A DNA stretch of 64,000 nt from Pyrinomonadales bacterium (GTDB lineage Bacteria; Acidobacteriota; Blastocatellia; Pyrinomonadales; Pyrinomonadaceae): the NCBI GenBank assembly GCA_038254305.1, contig JBBSGG010000005.1, positions 13,044-77,043 of the forward strand, written 5' to 3'. Positions 11,333 to 21,507 of this stretch are shown one piece after another; the stretch's first letter is position 1, and each line of letters begins with the position of its first letter. Made by a program: the position numbers and the translations under genes. The notes beneath the pieces were generated by a model, which saw only the letters and a list, made by a program, of their open reading frames with translations, was not told the origin of the DNA and searched no databases.

Positions 11333-11512
11333 TGGACGTGCTCCGATTCCTCTTTACTATAACATATCTTAGTTGACCCAATTTCCCCGGCGGTTGTCGA
11401 TGTATTCGGATCGCGGCACTGGAATGGGCCCGATTTCCAGCGAAGGTCGAAATTTCAGTGGCGGCCGAGATTTACTTTTACGGGTGCAACCCGTAACATT
11501 GGATTTTTTCAA

Positions 11513-12280
11513 ATGAGGCCATCCGTTTCCATCATTGTGCCGGCTTTTGACGAACAGGAACGCCTCGGCGGCTCGATCGCCGAAATACTTTCCTACGTCG
11601 CCGATTCAGGGATCGCCGCGGAACTTATCGTCGTGGACGATGGATCGCACGACCGAACAAAACAAGTGGCCGAAACCGCGTTTTCCGATTTTCCGAACGC
11701 CGACGCCCGTGTTATCCGCTATGAGCAAAATCGCGGTAAGGGTTTTGCGGTGCGAACAGGCTTACTCGCCGCTGTCGCCGACTTCGCTCTATTCAGCGAC
11801 GCAGATCTTTCGACTCCGATCGCGGAAATGAATAAGCTTCTCGACCCGATCGAGCGCGACGAAGATGATGTGACTTTCGGTTCGAGAGCGCTCGACCGAA
11901 CGCTGATCGGAACGCATCAGCCGTGGCGGCGTGAACAGGGCGGGAAGGTCTTTAACCTAATCGTCCGTACGCTGACAGGGCTTCCTTTTTGGGACACGCA
12001 GTGCGGATTCAAGGCATTCAATTTAAAGAAGTTCCGGCCGCTTCTGGAGGTAATGCAGATAGACAAATTCGGCTTCGACGTCGAATTTCTATATGTTGCC
12101 CAGAGAAGCGGCCTTCGCCTAAGAGAGGTACCCGTGATCTGGAACAATGACGAGCGTAGTAAGGTGAGCGTCATACGCGACAGTCTGAGGATGTTCGACG
12201 AGGTCAGACAGATCAGGCGCAATTCTAAACGCGGGGTATATGACGGTGCCGTCGAATTGTCATACAATCCGGAAACATGA
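11513..12280 (+). CDS. Family 2 glycosyltransferase (dolichyl-phosphate glucosyltransferase-like)
   Basis: SIIVPAFDEQERL, VVDDGSHDRT and SDADLSTP (DxD) motifs. ATGA overlap with pdxJ. Confidence 0.8.
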   Translation: MRPSVSIIVPAFDEQERLGGSIAEILSYVADSGIAAELIVVDDGSHDRTKQVAETAFSDFPNADARVIRYEQNRGKGFAVRTGLLAAVADFALFSDADLSTPIAEMNKLLDPIERDEDDVTFGSRALDRTLIGTHQPWRREQGGKVFNLIVRTLTGLPFWDTQCGFKAFNLKKFRPLLEVMQIDKFGFDVEFLYVAQRSGLRLREVPVIWNNDERSKVSVIRDSLRMFDEVRQIRRNSKRGVYDGAVELSYNPET

Positions 12281-13020
12281 CCGCTAAACTCAATGTAAAC
12301 ATCGACCACGTCGCGACTATCCGCGAAGCTCGAAAAACGATCGAACCGAGCATCATCGCAGCCGCTGTCATATGCGAGCAGGCTGGAGCGAACGGCATTA
12401 CCGTCCACCTGCGACAGGACCGACGGCATATTCAGGACCGCGATATCGAGCTGCTCCGCGATGTAGTAACCACCTATTTGAATGTCGAAATGGCTGCGAC
12501 TGACGAAATGGCCGCGATCGCCGTTCGGACAATGCCCGACGCCGTTTCGCTGGTGCCCGAAAGCCCGAACGAGATCACGACCGAAGGCGGTCTGGATGTC
12601 GTTCGAAATTTTGAAAATGTCCGTTCCAATTGTGAACAATTGCGGTCGGCCGGCATATTCGTCAGCATTTTTATCGATCCTGATGCGGAACAGATCGACG
12701 CGGCAAAACGCGCGGATGCCCAGCAGGTCGAACTGTGCACCGCCGAATACGCTGAACTGACGCTCGGGGCCCGTTCCGCCCACGGCGACGGGCACAGAAA
12801 AGCCGCCGAAGAGATCATCCGCATAAAAAATGCCGCCGTCCATGCCGCCGGCCGCGGCCTGATAGTCGCCGCCGGCCACGGCCTAACCTACCGAAACATC
12901 GCCGACCTGGCAGCCATCCCCGAAATAACCGAATTCAACATCGGCCACAACATCATCTCGCGTGCGGTTTTTGTTGGCCTCGATGAAGCCGTTCGCGAAA
13001 TGATCGAAGCGATTTCATAG
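12277..13020 (+). CDS. pdxJ: Pyridoxine 5'-phosphate synthase
   Basis: LNVNIDHVATIREARKT..EPS, ITVHLRQDRRHIQDRD and NIGHNIISRAVFVGL. Confidence 0.9.
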   Translation: MTAKLNVNIDHVATIREARKTIEPSIIAAAVICEQAGANGITVHLRQDRRHIQDRDIELLRDVVTTYLNVEMAATDEMAAIAVRTMPDAVSLVPESPNEITTEGGLDVVRNFENVRSNCEQLRSAGIFVSIFIDPDAEQIDAAKRADAQQVELCTAEYAELTLGARSAHGDGHRKAAEEIIRIKNAAVHAAGRGLIVAAGHGLTYRNIADLAAIPEITEFNIGHNIISRAVFVGLDEAVREMIEAIS

Positions 13021-13190
13021 CGGTGCCGGCCGGGCGCTACTTTTCCTCGCACGGTGAACTTTATATCGCTGGAGCTTTCAGAAAGCTTTCGGTCGTTACC
13101 GTTAAACGCCTCGACTTGGATCGAATAGGAACCGGGCTTTAGCGGTTTGTCTAGAGTGAGCTTCGCGGCGCGATCCATCAAGCTGAAAAT

Positions 13191-16085
13191 CTAATTGAAA
13201 GCGGCCTTGAGCGCCTGGCCGGTGTATGAACGGCGGACTTTGACGATCTCTTCTGGCGTTCCGGTAGCGACCACCTTTCCGCCGCCGGAACCGCCTTCTG
13301 GCCCAAGATCGACGATGTAGTCGGCCGATTTGATGACATCGAGATTATGCTCGATCACGATCACAGTGTTGCCAGTGTCAACTAGCTTTTGCAGCACTTC
13401 CAGCAATTTATGCACGTCAGCGAAATGAAGGCCCGTTGTCGGTTCGTCGAGGATATAGATCGTCTTTCCCGTCGCCCGTTTTGACAGTTCCTTGGCGAGT
13501 TTTATCCGCTGTGCCTCGCCGCCGCTCAAGGTCGTCGCGGACTGGCCGAGCTTGATGTAGCCGAGGCCGACATCGAGCAGCGTTTGCAGCTTCTGCTTGA
13601 TCTGCGGAATATTTTCGAGGATCGGGAGCGCGTCTTCGATAGTTGTGTCGAGAAGATCGGCGATCGACAAGCCTTTATATTTTACCGCGAGCGTTTCGCG
13701 GTTGTAGCGGTGGCCACGGCAGACGTCGCACATGACATAAACGTCAGGCAGAAAATTCATCTCGATCCGCTTCATTCCGTCGCCCTCACAGCCTTCGCAG
13801 CGGCCGCCTTTGACGTTGAACGAGAAACGGCCTGCCTTGTATCCGCGAGTTCTCGATTCTGGCAGCATCGCGTAAAGCTCACGGATCGGCGTGAAGAGGC
13901 CCGTATATGTCGCCGGATTCGATCGCGGCGTCCGGCCGATCGGCGTCTGGTCGATCTCTATGATCTTATCGACGAGATCAAGCCCTTCGATCTTATCGTG
14001 AGCGAGCGGTTCGACGGCAGATTTGTAAACGTGTCGATAAAGCGCCGGATAAAGGATATCCTCGACAAGCGTCGATTTCCCCGAGCCGGAAACGCCGGTT
14101 ACGACGGTCAAGAGTCCCAGTGGAAACTCGACATCGATGTTCTTTAAGTTATGCGCCCGTGCGCCTTTTACCTTTATCCGGTTCCCATTCGGCAGGCGCC
14201 GCAATTCCGGAATATCGATCTTCAATTCACCTTTGAGATACCTTCCGGTGAGCGAATACGCGTTGTTTTCGATCTCCTGAGGCGTGCCTGTCGCTACCAC
14301 TTCACCACCGTGCGTTCCCGCCAGTGGCCCGAGATCGACGACATAATCCGCGTGTTCGATCGTCTCCTGGTCGTGTTCCACGACAAGAACCGTGTTGCCA
14401 AGATCGCGAAGCAGCTGAAGCGTCGTCAACAGTTTTTGATTGTCACGCGGGTGAAGGCCGATGCTCGGCTCATCCAGAACATACAACACGCCGCGCAGTT
14501 GCGAACCGATCTGTGTGGCGAGGCGAATCCGCTGCCCTTCGCCGCCGGAGAGTGAAGCCGATGCACGGTCGAGCGTTAGATAACCGAGACCGACGGCCTC
14601 CAGAAAACGCAGCCGGTCTTTGATCTCTTTGAGCACAAGGCCGGCGATCTTTTCTTCGCGGTCGCTCATGCTGATCTTATCGAATTCCTTAAGCGATTCG
14701 TCTATCGTCAGTGCCGTGTAATCGGCGATGCCGAGGCCGTTGATCCTGACCGCCAGGCTTTCGGGCTGGAGACGACTGCCTTCGCAGATCGGACACGGGA
14801 TCGGCGAGATCAGCTCTTCGAGCGCCGCACGCGTTTTTTCGGACGGCGGGTTTTCCATCCGCTCACGCATTGCACGCAATGCACCTTTCCAATCGCTTTC
14901 GTAACGATAAGTTCCCTGGCGAAACGTCAGTCTGCGTTTCGTGCCGTTGAAAAACGCCGAGCGAATTTCCTGCGGCAGGTCGGCAAAAGGTGTCTTCAGC
15001 AGCACATCGCCCGCACTGGTCGCTTTTTTCCCCTTGAGTCTGGTCTTTATCTTAGAGATCAACGAATCGTCAGGCGGCTCTAGTTTATCGCCATCACTGA
15101 ATTTTTCGATGATCGCATTGAGCGCCGACTGCAGGTACTTACCGCTCGTCTTATCGACATCGCCTAGGAACGTCATTTTTCCTGCAGGCGTGCTTTGGTC
15201 GGGAACGATCTTGTTCGCGTCCATCTCCATCACCGTACCGAGCCCCTGACAGCGTTTGCATGCACCGTAGGCCGAATTGAAAGAGAACGAACGCGGTTCG
15301 AGCGTCGCGATATTGATGCCGCAATTGATGCAGGCCATCCGCTCGGAATACAGCTTTTCTTCGCCGTCGACGATCGAGACGAGCACCGCGCCGCCGGTCA
15401 GACGGAGCGCCGTTTTTACCGATTCGCTCAGACGCTCTTTGATGCCGTCTTTTATCAGCAGGCGATCGATAACGACCTCGACGGTGTGGTTTTTTCGCTT
15501 ATCGAGCGAGATCTCTTCGTCGAGTTGTCGCATCTCACCGTCGACGCGAGCCCGCAAGAAGCCGTCACGATGAAGCTTTTCGAGCTCCTTTTTAAATTCG
15601 CCCTTTCGGCCGCGAACGATCGGGGCAAGTATCATCACGCGTTCACCTTCGGGCAATTTGAGAATTCCGGTGACGATCTGCTCGACCGACTGCCGCGTTA
15701 TCGGATCGCCGCATTCGTGGCAATGCGGCTGGCCTATCGACGAAAACAACAGCCGCAGATAATCATAGATCTCGGTCACGGTACCGACGGTCGAACGCGG
15801 GCTGCGCGACACCGTCTTTTGCTCGATCGAGATCGCCGGCGACAGGCCTTCGATCGAATCGACATCCGGTTTTTCGAGCTGATCCAAAAACTGCCGCGCG
15901 TACGCCGATAGCGATTCCACATAGCGACGCTGGCCTTCGGCGTAAATCGTGTCGAACGCAAGCGAAGACTTTCCGGAACCCGAAAGCCCGGTGATCACCG
16001 TGAACTTGTCGCGCGGGATGTCGACGTCGATGTTCCGCAGATTGTGCTGGCGTGCGCCGCGAACCGTTATTTGCTTAATGCTCAT
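13191..16085 (-). CDS. uvrA: Excinuclease ABC subunit A
   Basis: Two ABC ATPase modules ([23 protein letters not shown]), LSGGE signatures and zinc-finger Cys pairs. First ATG at 16085. Confidence 0.95.
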   Translation of the reverse strand: MSIKQITVRGARQHNLRNIDVDIPRDKFTVITGLSGSGKSSLAFDTIYAEGQRRYVESLSAYARQFLDQLEKPDVDSIEGLSPAISIEQKTVSRSPRSTVGTVTEIYDYLRLLFSSIGQPHCHECGDPITRQSVEQIVTGILKLPEGERVMILAPIVRGRKGEFKKELEKLHRDGFLRARVDGEMRQLDEEISLDKRKNHTVEVVIDRLLIKDGIKERLSESVKTALRLTGGAVLVSIVDGEEKLYSERMACINCGINIATLEPRSFSFNSAYGACKRCQGLGTVMEMDANKIVPDQSTPAGKMTFLGDVDKTSGKYLQSALNAIIEKFSDGDKLEPPDDSLISKIKTRLKGKKATSAGDVLLKTPFADLPQEIRSAFFNGTKRRLTFRQGTYRYESDWKGALRAMRERMENPPSEKTRAALEELISPIPCPICEGSRLQPESLAVRINGLGIADYTALTIDESLKEFDKISMSDREEKIAGLVLKEIKDRLRFLEAVGLGYLTLDRASASLSGGEGQRIRLATQIGSQLRGVLYVLDEPSIGLHPRDNQKLLTTLQLLRDLGNTVLVVEHDQETIEHADYVVDLGPLAGTHGGEVVATGTPQEIENNAYSLTGRYLKGELKIDIPELRRLPNGNRIKVKGARAHNLKNIDVEFPLGLLTVVTGVSGSGKSTLVEDILYPALYRHVYKSAVEPLAHDKIEGLDLVDKIIEIDQTPIGRTPRSNPATYTGLFTPIRELYAMLPESRTRGYKAGRFSFNVKGGRCEGCEGDGMKRIEMNFLPDVYVMCDVCRGHRYNRETLAVKYKGLSIADLLDTTIEDALPILENIPQIKQKLQTLLDVGLGYIKLGQSATTLSGGEAQRIKLAKELSKRATGKTIYILDEPTTGLHFADVHKLLEVLQKLVDTGNTVIVIEHNLDVIKSADYIVDLGPEGGSGGGKVVATGTPEEIVKVRRSYTGQALKAAFN

Positions 16086-16173
16086 GCGTCCCACAGATCA
16101 AAAATCGGCTGTTGGTCGAAACGAGTATTTTAGCAAATCCAGACGTCGAAAAAAAGGCGACAGGAAGCCATGA

Positions 16174-16422
16174 TCAACCCAGTTTTTCGTTTACGAAGGT
16201 AAAGATAGCCGTAGCGATACTTACGACGATGAATGTGGCGATCGCACGCCAGACGGCATCCGATTCGGTAAATTTCCAGATCGCGAGAATACAGAGAACC
16301 GTGCATGCGACCAGCGAAACGGTGATCACGGCGAAAGCGATCCACCGCACGATCTCAGGGTTGACGACTCCGCGCGTGTCAGTCTTCAGTTTTACAACTA
16401 CATCGGTGTCGTCCTTTTGCAT
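16174..16422 (-). CDS. Hypothetical small membrane protein (two TM helices)
   Basis: Trimmed to the ATG at 16422 (MQKDDTD...). Two hydrophobic helices. No known motif. Confidence 0.4.
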   Translation of the reverse strand: MQKDDTDVVVKLKTDTRGVVNPEIVRWIAFAVITVSLVACTVLCILAIWKFTESDAVWRAIATFIVVSIATAIFTFVNEKLG

Positions 16423-16503
16423 ATCGTGATTATAACAAACTACCTCGATTAAAAATGAACGGCCGACGCGCCTATGCGGCACGATTCGGCACGCTCTTTT
16501 TGT

Positions 16504-17442
16504 TTAAAGGAGACGCATGACCGCCCAAAGCGCCGCAACCGATATCACGATCCACAAAAGGACTCCCTGCATCATCGGACGAACCCCGACCTTTCTTATC
16601 GTTGCACGAGACAGGCTCGCACCGATCAGGAAAAGCGTTACTGTCATTCCTGCCTTGGCAAGATTGACCAGCGAATCGAAAAAGCTTGGGATGAGCCAAA
16701 CCGGAGCGAAAGTATGGAATGCACAGGCGAGTAGAAATAAAAAAATGAACCACGGTACGGCGATCTTGCGCCGCTCGCTGCCGATCTCCTTCCGGTTGAT
16801 CATTAGAAAGAAGAGAGCGACCGGAGCGATCCATAGAGCGCGTGCGAGTTTCACCGTCGTCGCAATGGCGAGAGCTTCGGCACCGTAAGCCTGCGCGGCA
16901 CCGACGACCGAGCTCGTGTCGTGTATCGCGACCGCCGACCAAACGCCGAACTGTGCCTGCGACAGGCCGATCGATCTGCCGATGATCGGAAACGCGATCA
17001 ACGCGATCGAGTTAAGAATGAAAACCGTTCCGAGCGCAACCGAGATCTCTTCAGGATCGGCGTCGATGACCGGAGCCACCGCGGCGATCGCGCTTCCGCC
17101 GCAAATGGCGGTGCCAGATGATATGAGCGACGAGGTTTTGGGATCTACCTTCAGGAAACGGCCGGCGAAATAACCGAGGGTCAATGTTCCGAAGATCGTC
17201 GCGATCGTGAAAAGAATTCCGTTCTTTCCGGCCTGGATGACGGCGGTAAGATTCATGCCGAAGCCAAGCAGAACCACTGAAGCCTGGAGGAGGAGTTTCG
17301 TCGGTTTTCCGGCAACGCCCGGATATGGATTTCCGATGACGAGCGCGAGTATCAATCCAAGCAGAAGGGCCGCCGGCGGCGAGCCGTACGGCGATAGGCA
17401 AAATAAGATCAGGAGAACAAAAACGGCTTTTCGCCAAAACAT
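16504..17442 (-). CDS. YeiH/UPF0324-family putative sulfate exporter membrane protein
   Basis: About 10 TM segments. N-terminus LGLILALVIGNPYP and overall pattern resemble the YeiH family. Confidence 0.65.
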   Translation of the reverse strand: MFWRKAVFVLLILFCLSPYGSPPAALLLGLILALVIGNPYPGVAGKPTKLLLQASVVLLGFGMNLTAVIQAGKNGILFTIATIFGTLTLGYFAGRFLKVDPKTSSLISSGTAICGGSAIAAVAPVIDADPEEISVALGTVFILNSIALIAFPIIGRSIGLSQAQFGVWSAVAIHDTSSVVGAAQAYGAEALAIATTVKLARALWIAPVALFFLMINRKEIGSERRKIAVPWFIFLFLLACAFHTFAPVWLIPSFFDSLVNLAKAGMTVTLFLIGASLSRATIRKVGVRPMMQGVLLWIVISVAALWAVMRLL

Positions 17443-17468
17443 AGCATTCGGAACGTTCGTTGAGATTT

Positions 17469-18215
17469 CTATTTGGCTTTGCCTTGATTTGCGACCGCCT
17501 CTTGAGCGGCGCTTATCGCGGCCTGATTGCCGAGATAATAATTCTTTTGCGGCTTCATGTCGTCGTCAAGTTCGTAAACAAGCGGTATTCCGGTCGGGAT
17601 ATTGGTGTTGATAATGTCCGCATCCGAGATCGAATCGAGATATTTGACAACCGCCCGGAGCGAATTGCCATGTGCCGCAACGATCAGTCGTTTACCGGCT
17701 TTCACTCTGGGCAATATCTCACTTTCAAAGTAAGGAATCACGCGGGCGACCGTGTCTTTCAGGCACTCGGCCTTCGGAAATTTGCCGGGCGCGATCGAGC
17801 TGTATCGCGGATCGGTTCCGAGATAACGTTCGTCGGTCTCGTCGAGTGCTCTTGGCGGAATGTCAAAGCTCCGGCGCCAGATCAGTACTTGTTCGTCCCC
17901 GTACTGAGCCGCGGTTTCAGCTTTGTTCAGGCCTTGGAGTGCACCGTAATGACGTTCGTTAAGAAGCCACGACTTCGTCTCGGGTATCCACATCAGGTCC
18001 ATCTCGTCGAGGATTATCCAGAGCGTACGGATCGCCCTTTTCAGCACAGACGTGTAGGCTTCGTCGAACGAATAACCTTCTGCCTTGAGGAGCTTTCCGG
18101 CGGCCAGTGCCTCCGCTCTTCCCTTTTCAGAGAGATCAACGTCCTTCCAACCGGTGAAGCGGTTTTCCTTATTCCACTCACTCTCGCCGTGCCGTATCAG
18201 AACTAATTTATGCAT
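17469..18215 (-). CDS. gpmA: 2,3-bisphosphoglycerate-dependent phosphoglycerate mutase
   Basis: [20 protein letters not shown] with the catalytic His, and AAHGNSLRA. Confidence 0.9.
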   Translation of the reverse strand: MHKLVLIRHGESEWNKENRFTGWKDVDLSEKGRAEALAAGKLLKAEGYSFDEAYTSVLKRAIRTLWIILDEMDLMWIPETKSWLLNERHYGALQGLNKAETAAQYGDEQVLIWRRSFDIPPRALDETDERYLGTDPRYSSIAPGKFPKAECLKDTVARVIPYFESEILPRVKAGKRLIVAAHGNSLRAVVKYLDSISDADIINTNIPTGIPLVYELDDDMKPQKNYYLGNQAAISAAQEAVANQGKAK

Positions 18216-18277
18216 ACTATCAATTACCCGTCCGAGTCGTTCCGCGTAACCTCAAACAATATCAAAGAACGCAACGG

Positions 18278-19681
18278 CTATAAAAGCGTGCCGTCGAATT
18301 CTTGCAAGTTGCCGTTGGTTTTATTTATGACGCGTTTAATGTCGCCGACCAGATACAGAGAGCCGGTGACCAGGACGAACGAATGTGATCGAACACCTTG
18401 CTGTTCCGCCAGCCGAACTGCAAGAGCGATCGCTTCACCAACGTCCTGACGTACGCGCGTGCGATCCTTCGATTCGCACAATGCTTCCGACCCTGCGATC
18501 TCGGCGGCCGGAACGGCTCTGGTGTTTTCCGGTTGAGTCAGAACGACGTCGCCGGCGAGCGGAAGAAGGATTTTAAGGATCGAACCGTAAGCCTTCCCTT
18601 TCATTGTTCCGTAGAGCAGCACGATCTTCGCGTCGATATATTCGGCGGTCAAATACGCCGCTAACGCCTTGGCGCCGGATTCGTTGTGCGCTCCGTCCAG
18701 GAGAACCCGCATGCCCTTGTACTCCGTCCATTCCAGCCGCCCCGCGTGACGGGCATCTCTCAGGCCGTCGGTAATACTTTCCGGCGTGATCTCGAATTCA
18801 TCACTAAGAATTTCAGCGACAAGAATCGCAACTTCGGCATTTTCGATCTGGTGTGCGCCGGCAAGGCCGAGGCTGACGTTTTCGTAGCGTGATCTGGATG
18901 TTCGGAACGCGGGCAGGAGAACAGGAAAGGGTTCCGTCGTTTGTGCCGCTGGGTGCTCGGTGGGTTGCCGTTCGGGAATCTTGTCGCTGATGCTTCCGGT
19001 TCTGACGGGAATGACGCCGGCTACTGCGCAGACCGAATCGACGACAGCCATTGCGCGCGATGATTGCTCGCCGATAATCACCTTCGAATGGGGCCGAATG
19101 ATGGCAGCTTTCTCGGCCGCGATTTCTTCGATCGTTTCGCCTAGATATTCCTGATGGTCGAGGTCAAGCCGCGTGATCACGGCGATCTCGGCGTCGGCGG
19201 CGGTCGTCGCGTCAAGACGGCCGCCGAGTCCGGTTTCGAGAATGGCGAGCTCGACGCCCGCTTCGGCAAACGCGACGAGGCCGACCGCGGTAACCTGTTC
19301 GAAATACGTCGGGACGGTTTTCAGGTCACCGGATGTTACAAGTTTCTCGCACGTGGCCCGAACTTGGGCCGCGAAACGGGCAAAATCATCTTCGGATATT
19401 TCAACCCCCGCGATCCTGATACGTTCCGTCATGGAAACGAGGTGCGGCGACGTATAAACGCCCGTTCGGATATCGGCTGAGCGGCAGATCGCGTCGAGAA
19501 ACGCGCACACTGAGCCTTTGCCATTTGTGCCGGCAACCTGAATTTTTAAATAATTTTTTTGGGGATCGCCGAGGGCGTGAAGCAGTCTGCGAATATTCTC
19601 GAGGCCGAGCTTCATCGCCGAAACTTCGTTGCCCAGCGACAGCAGGTAATCCACCGAGTCCTGGTAGTGCGTTGACGACAT
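18278..19681 (-). CDS. folC: Bifunctional folylpolyglutamate synthase/dihydrofolate synthase
   Basis: Trimmed to the ATG at 19681 (MSSTHYQDSVDYL...). P-loop VAGTNGKGS. The start overlaps the accD stop by 1 nt (TGATG). Confidence 0.85.
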   Translation of the reverse strand: MSSTHYQDSVDYLLSLGNEVSAMKLGLENIRRLLHALGDPQKNYLKIQVAGTNGKGSVCAFLDAICRSADIRTGVYTSPHLVSMTERIRIAGVEISEDDFARFAAQVRATCEKLVTSGDLKTVPTYFEQVTAVGLVAFAEAGVELAILETGLGGRLDATTAADAEIAVITRLDLDHQEYLGETIEEIAAEKAAIIRPHSKVIIGEQSSRAMAVVDSVCAVAGVIPVRTGSISDKIPERQPTEHPAAQTTEPFPVLLPAFRTSRSRYENVSLGLAGAHQIENAEVAILVAEILSDEFEITPESITDGLRDARHAGRLEWTEYKGMRVLLDGAHNESGAKALAAYLTAEYIDAKIVLLYGTMKGKAYGSILKILLPLAGDVVLTQPENTRAVPAAEIAGSEALCESKDRTRVRQDVGEAIALAVRLAEQQGVRSHSFVLVTGSLYLVGDIKRVINKTNGNLQEFDGTLL

Positions 19682-20562
19682 CAGGCGGAAGCAGCCGCGT
19701 CCTTGTTCATCATAAACCCGAGCACGCGGACAAGCGTATCGTTCATCTTGCGTCGGTCGACGACCATATCGACCATGCCATGCTCGAGCAGAAATTCGCT
19801 GCGCTGAAATCCCTTGGGCAATTTCTGGCGGATCGTCTGTTCGATGACGCGCGGTCCAGCAAAACCAATAAGAGCTTTCGGCTCCGCGACGATGAGATCG
19901 CCGAGCATAGCAAAGCTCGCCGTGACACCGCCCGTGGTCGGATCGGTCAACACGGAGATGAACGGCAATCTTGCTTCGTGCAAGCGTGAAAGAGCGCCTG
20001 AGATCTTGGCCATCTGCATCAGACTGAGTGTGCCTTCCTGCATTCTCGCGCCGCCGGACGCCGAAAAAATGATAACGGCGCCGTGGTTGTCTATCGCGCG
20101 TTCGATCACGCGTGTGATCTTTTCGCCGACAGCCGAGCCCATCGATCCGCCGATGAATGACATGTCCATCGCGCCGGCGTAAACTTTGTGGCCGCCGACC
20201 GTGCCGAAGCCTGTGACGATCGCCTCGGGCAAACCGGAACTTTCCTTCGCCTGTTCGATCCGGTCTATGTAAGGTTTGGTGTCGACGAAATCGAGCGGGT
20301 CGGCGGAAGTGACGTCTTCGTCGAGCCGTTCGTACTGCCCAGCGTCGAAAAGTGAATCGAGCCGCACGCGCGCCGGAAGGCGAAAATGATAATCGCAGTG
20401 CGTGCAGACCTGCAGAGACTCTTTTAGTTCGGGACGATAGAGCGGGCTTTCGCATTCGGGACACTTTACGAATATACCTTCGGTTTTAACCGTCCGCTCT
20501 TCATCAACGTCGGCGTCCTCGATCTTAGGTTTGTCTCTGCGAAACCACGACATAATTTCCAA
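19681..20562 (-). CDS. accD: Acetyl-CoA carboxylase carboxyltransferase beta subunit
   Basis: N-terminal Zn ribbon CPECESPLY...CTHCDYHFR and carboxyltransferase core GGSMGS...GGARMQEG. Confidence 0.9.
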   Translation of the reverse strand: MEIMSWFRRDKPKIEDADVDEERTVKTEGIFVKCPECESPLYRPELKESLQVCTHCDYHFRLPARVRLDSLFDAGQYERLDEDVTSADPLDFVDTKPYIDRIEQAKESSGLPEAIVTGFGTVGGHKVYAGAMDMSFIGGSMGSAVGEKITRVIERAIDNHGAVIIFSASGGARMQEGTLSLMQMAKISGALSRLHEARLPFISVLTDPTTGGVTASFAMLGDLIVAEPKALIGFAGPRVIEQTIRQKLPKGFQRSEFLLEHGMVDMVVDRRKMNDTLVRVLGFMMNKDAAASA

Positions 20563-20624
20563 ATCGGCAAGTAGAATAGGTTATCACACGGATTTTTCAG
20601 CGAAAAGGCGGCCTCATCGCGTAT

Positions 20625-21386
20625 TCAGCGCAGAACGTCTAGCATCTGTGAATGAATGCGGCCGTTGCTGGCGCAGATCGGCGGTTCGTAAACGCCGAAC
20701 GGCGAGCCGTCGTAATAGGTGACGTAGCCACCCGCTTCGGCGATAAGCAGAGTGCCCGCAGCGACGTCCCACGGATTCAATCCTTCTTCCCAAAAGCCGT
20801 CGAAACGTCCGCAGGCGACGTATGCCATGTCGATCGCGGCCGAACCGTCGCGCCGGACGCCGCGCGATTCGAGCATAAATCCGGTCAAATGTTTCGCGAA
20901 ATCGGCCTTTTGTTTAAAGTTATAAGGAAAGCCCGTGACGATCAGCGAATCGCCAAGAACGTCGGTAGCCGAAACGCGGATCGGCCTGCCGTTGAGCGTT
21001 GCGCCCTGCCCTCTTTCTGCGGCGAAAAGCTCGTTGCGGGTCGGGTCGAATGTCACGCCGATGACGATCTCGGAATCGTGTTCGACCGCGAGGGTAACGC
21101 AGAAACAGGGGTAGCCATGTGCGTAGTTGGTCGTGCCGTCGAGCGGATCGATTATCCATTTCCAATTAGGATCGCCGTCCTTGATGACAGCTTCGCCCGA
21201 TTCTTCGGCAAGAATGGAATGTTTCGGATAGTAAGACCGAATTCGTTCGATTATCAAAGCTTCCGAAGCATGATCCGCGTCGGTGACGAGGTCGATATCG
21301 CCCTTTTTCATCACATTCACACGGCCAAATTTTTCAAGCAGCAGTTGGCCGGCATCTCGGGCGGTTTCGATCGCAAAATTCAGCAT
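20625..21386 (-). CDS. suhB: Inositol monophosphatase family protein
   Basis: WIIDPLDGTTNYAHG and the AAEEG-type ILAEESG motif. Confidence 0.85.
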   Translation of the reverse strand: MLNFAIETARDAGQLLLEKFGRVNVMKKGDIDLVTDADHASEALIIERIRSYYPKHSILAEESGEAVIKDGDPNWKWIIDPLDGTTNYAHGYPCFCVTLAVEHDSEIVIGVTFDPTRNELFAAERGQGATLNGRPIRVSATDVLGDSLIVTGFPYNFKQKADFAKHLTGFMLESRGVRRDGSAAIDMAYVACGRFDGFWEEGLNPWDVAAGTLLIAEAGGYVTYYDGSPFGVYEPPICASNGRIHSQMLDVLR

Positions 21387-21507
21387 ATAAAGATCTTACC
21401 GGAGAGGCGTCGCAGCAGAGAGTTCGGAACGAAACTATTTTGGTAACAGATATGCGGGCGATCGGCCGAGTATCTCTCGGCGGCCGGCGTCGCGTCGGCA
21501 GGTCGCC

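Noticed and set aside
11917-12879. 320-aa ORF on the minus strand. Similar long antisense ORFs occur at 57112..58422(-), 44128..45015(-), 20652..21446(+), 17460..18206(+), 38758..39609(+), 50961..51713(+), 15195..15911(+), 59872..60579(-) and 40288..40905(-).
   Set aside because: Each lies antisense to a gene with unmistakable family motifs (pdxJ, the histidine kinase, DUF1800, suhB-like, gpmA, gyrA, MBL hydrolase, uvrA, PilZ). Their translations are Arg/Gly/Asp-rich low-complexity sequence without motifs. This is the usual stop-poor shadow frame of a GC-rich genome.
12888-13181. 97-aa minus-strand ORF between pdxJ and uvrA. Its first ~45 residues (KLTLDKPLKPGSYSIQVEAFNGNDRKLSESSSDIKFTVRGK) look like a beta-sandwich fragment.
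   Set aside because: The ORF only closes 133 nt inside the pdxJ coding region, and the remainder is low-complexity antisense sequence. No RBS or signal peptide is present. It is at best a decayed gene remnant and is not reported as a gene.
19682-20464. N-terminal 261 residues of the listed 728-aa ORF 18278..20464.
   Set aside because: This part is an Arg-rich out-of-frame reading across accD. The folC homology begins at the Met encoded at 19681, which overlaps the accD stop (TGATG). I therefore split the ORF into folC plus accD.
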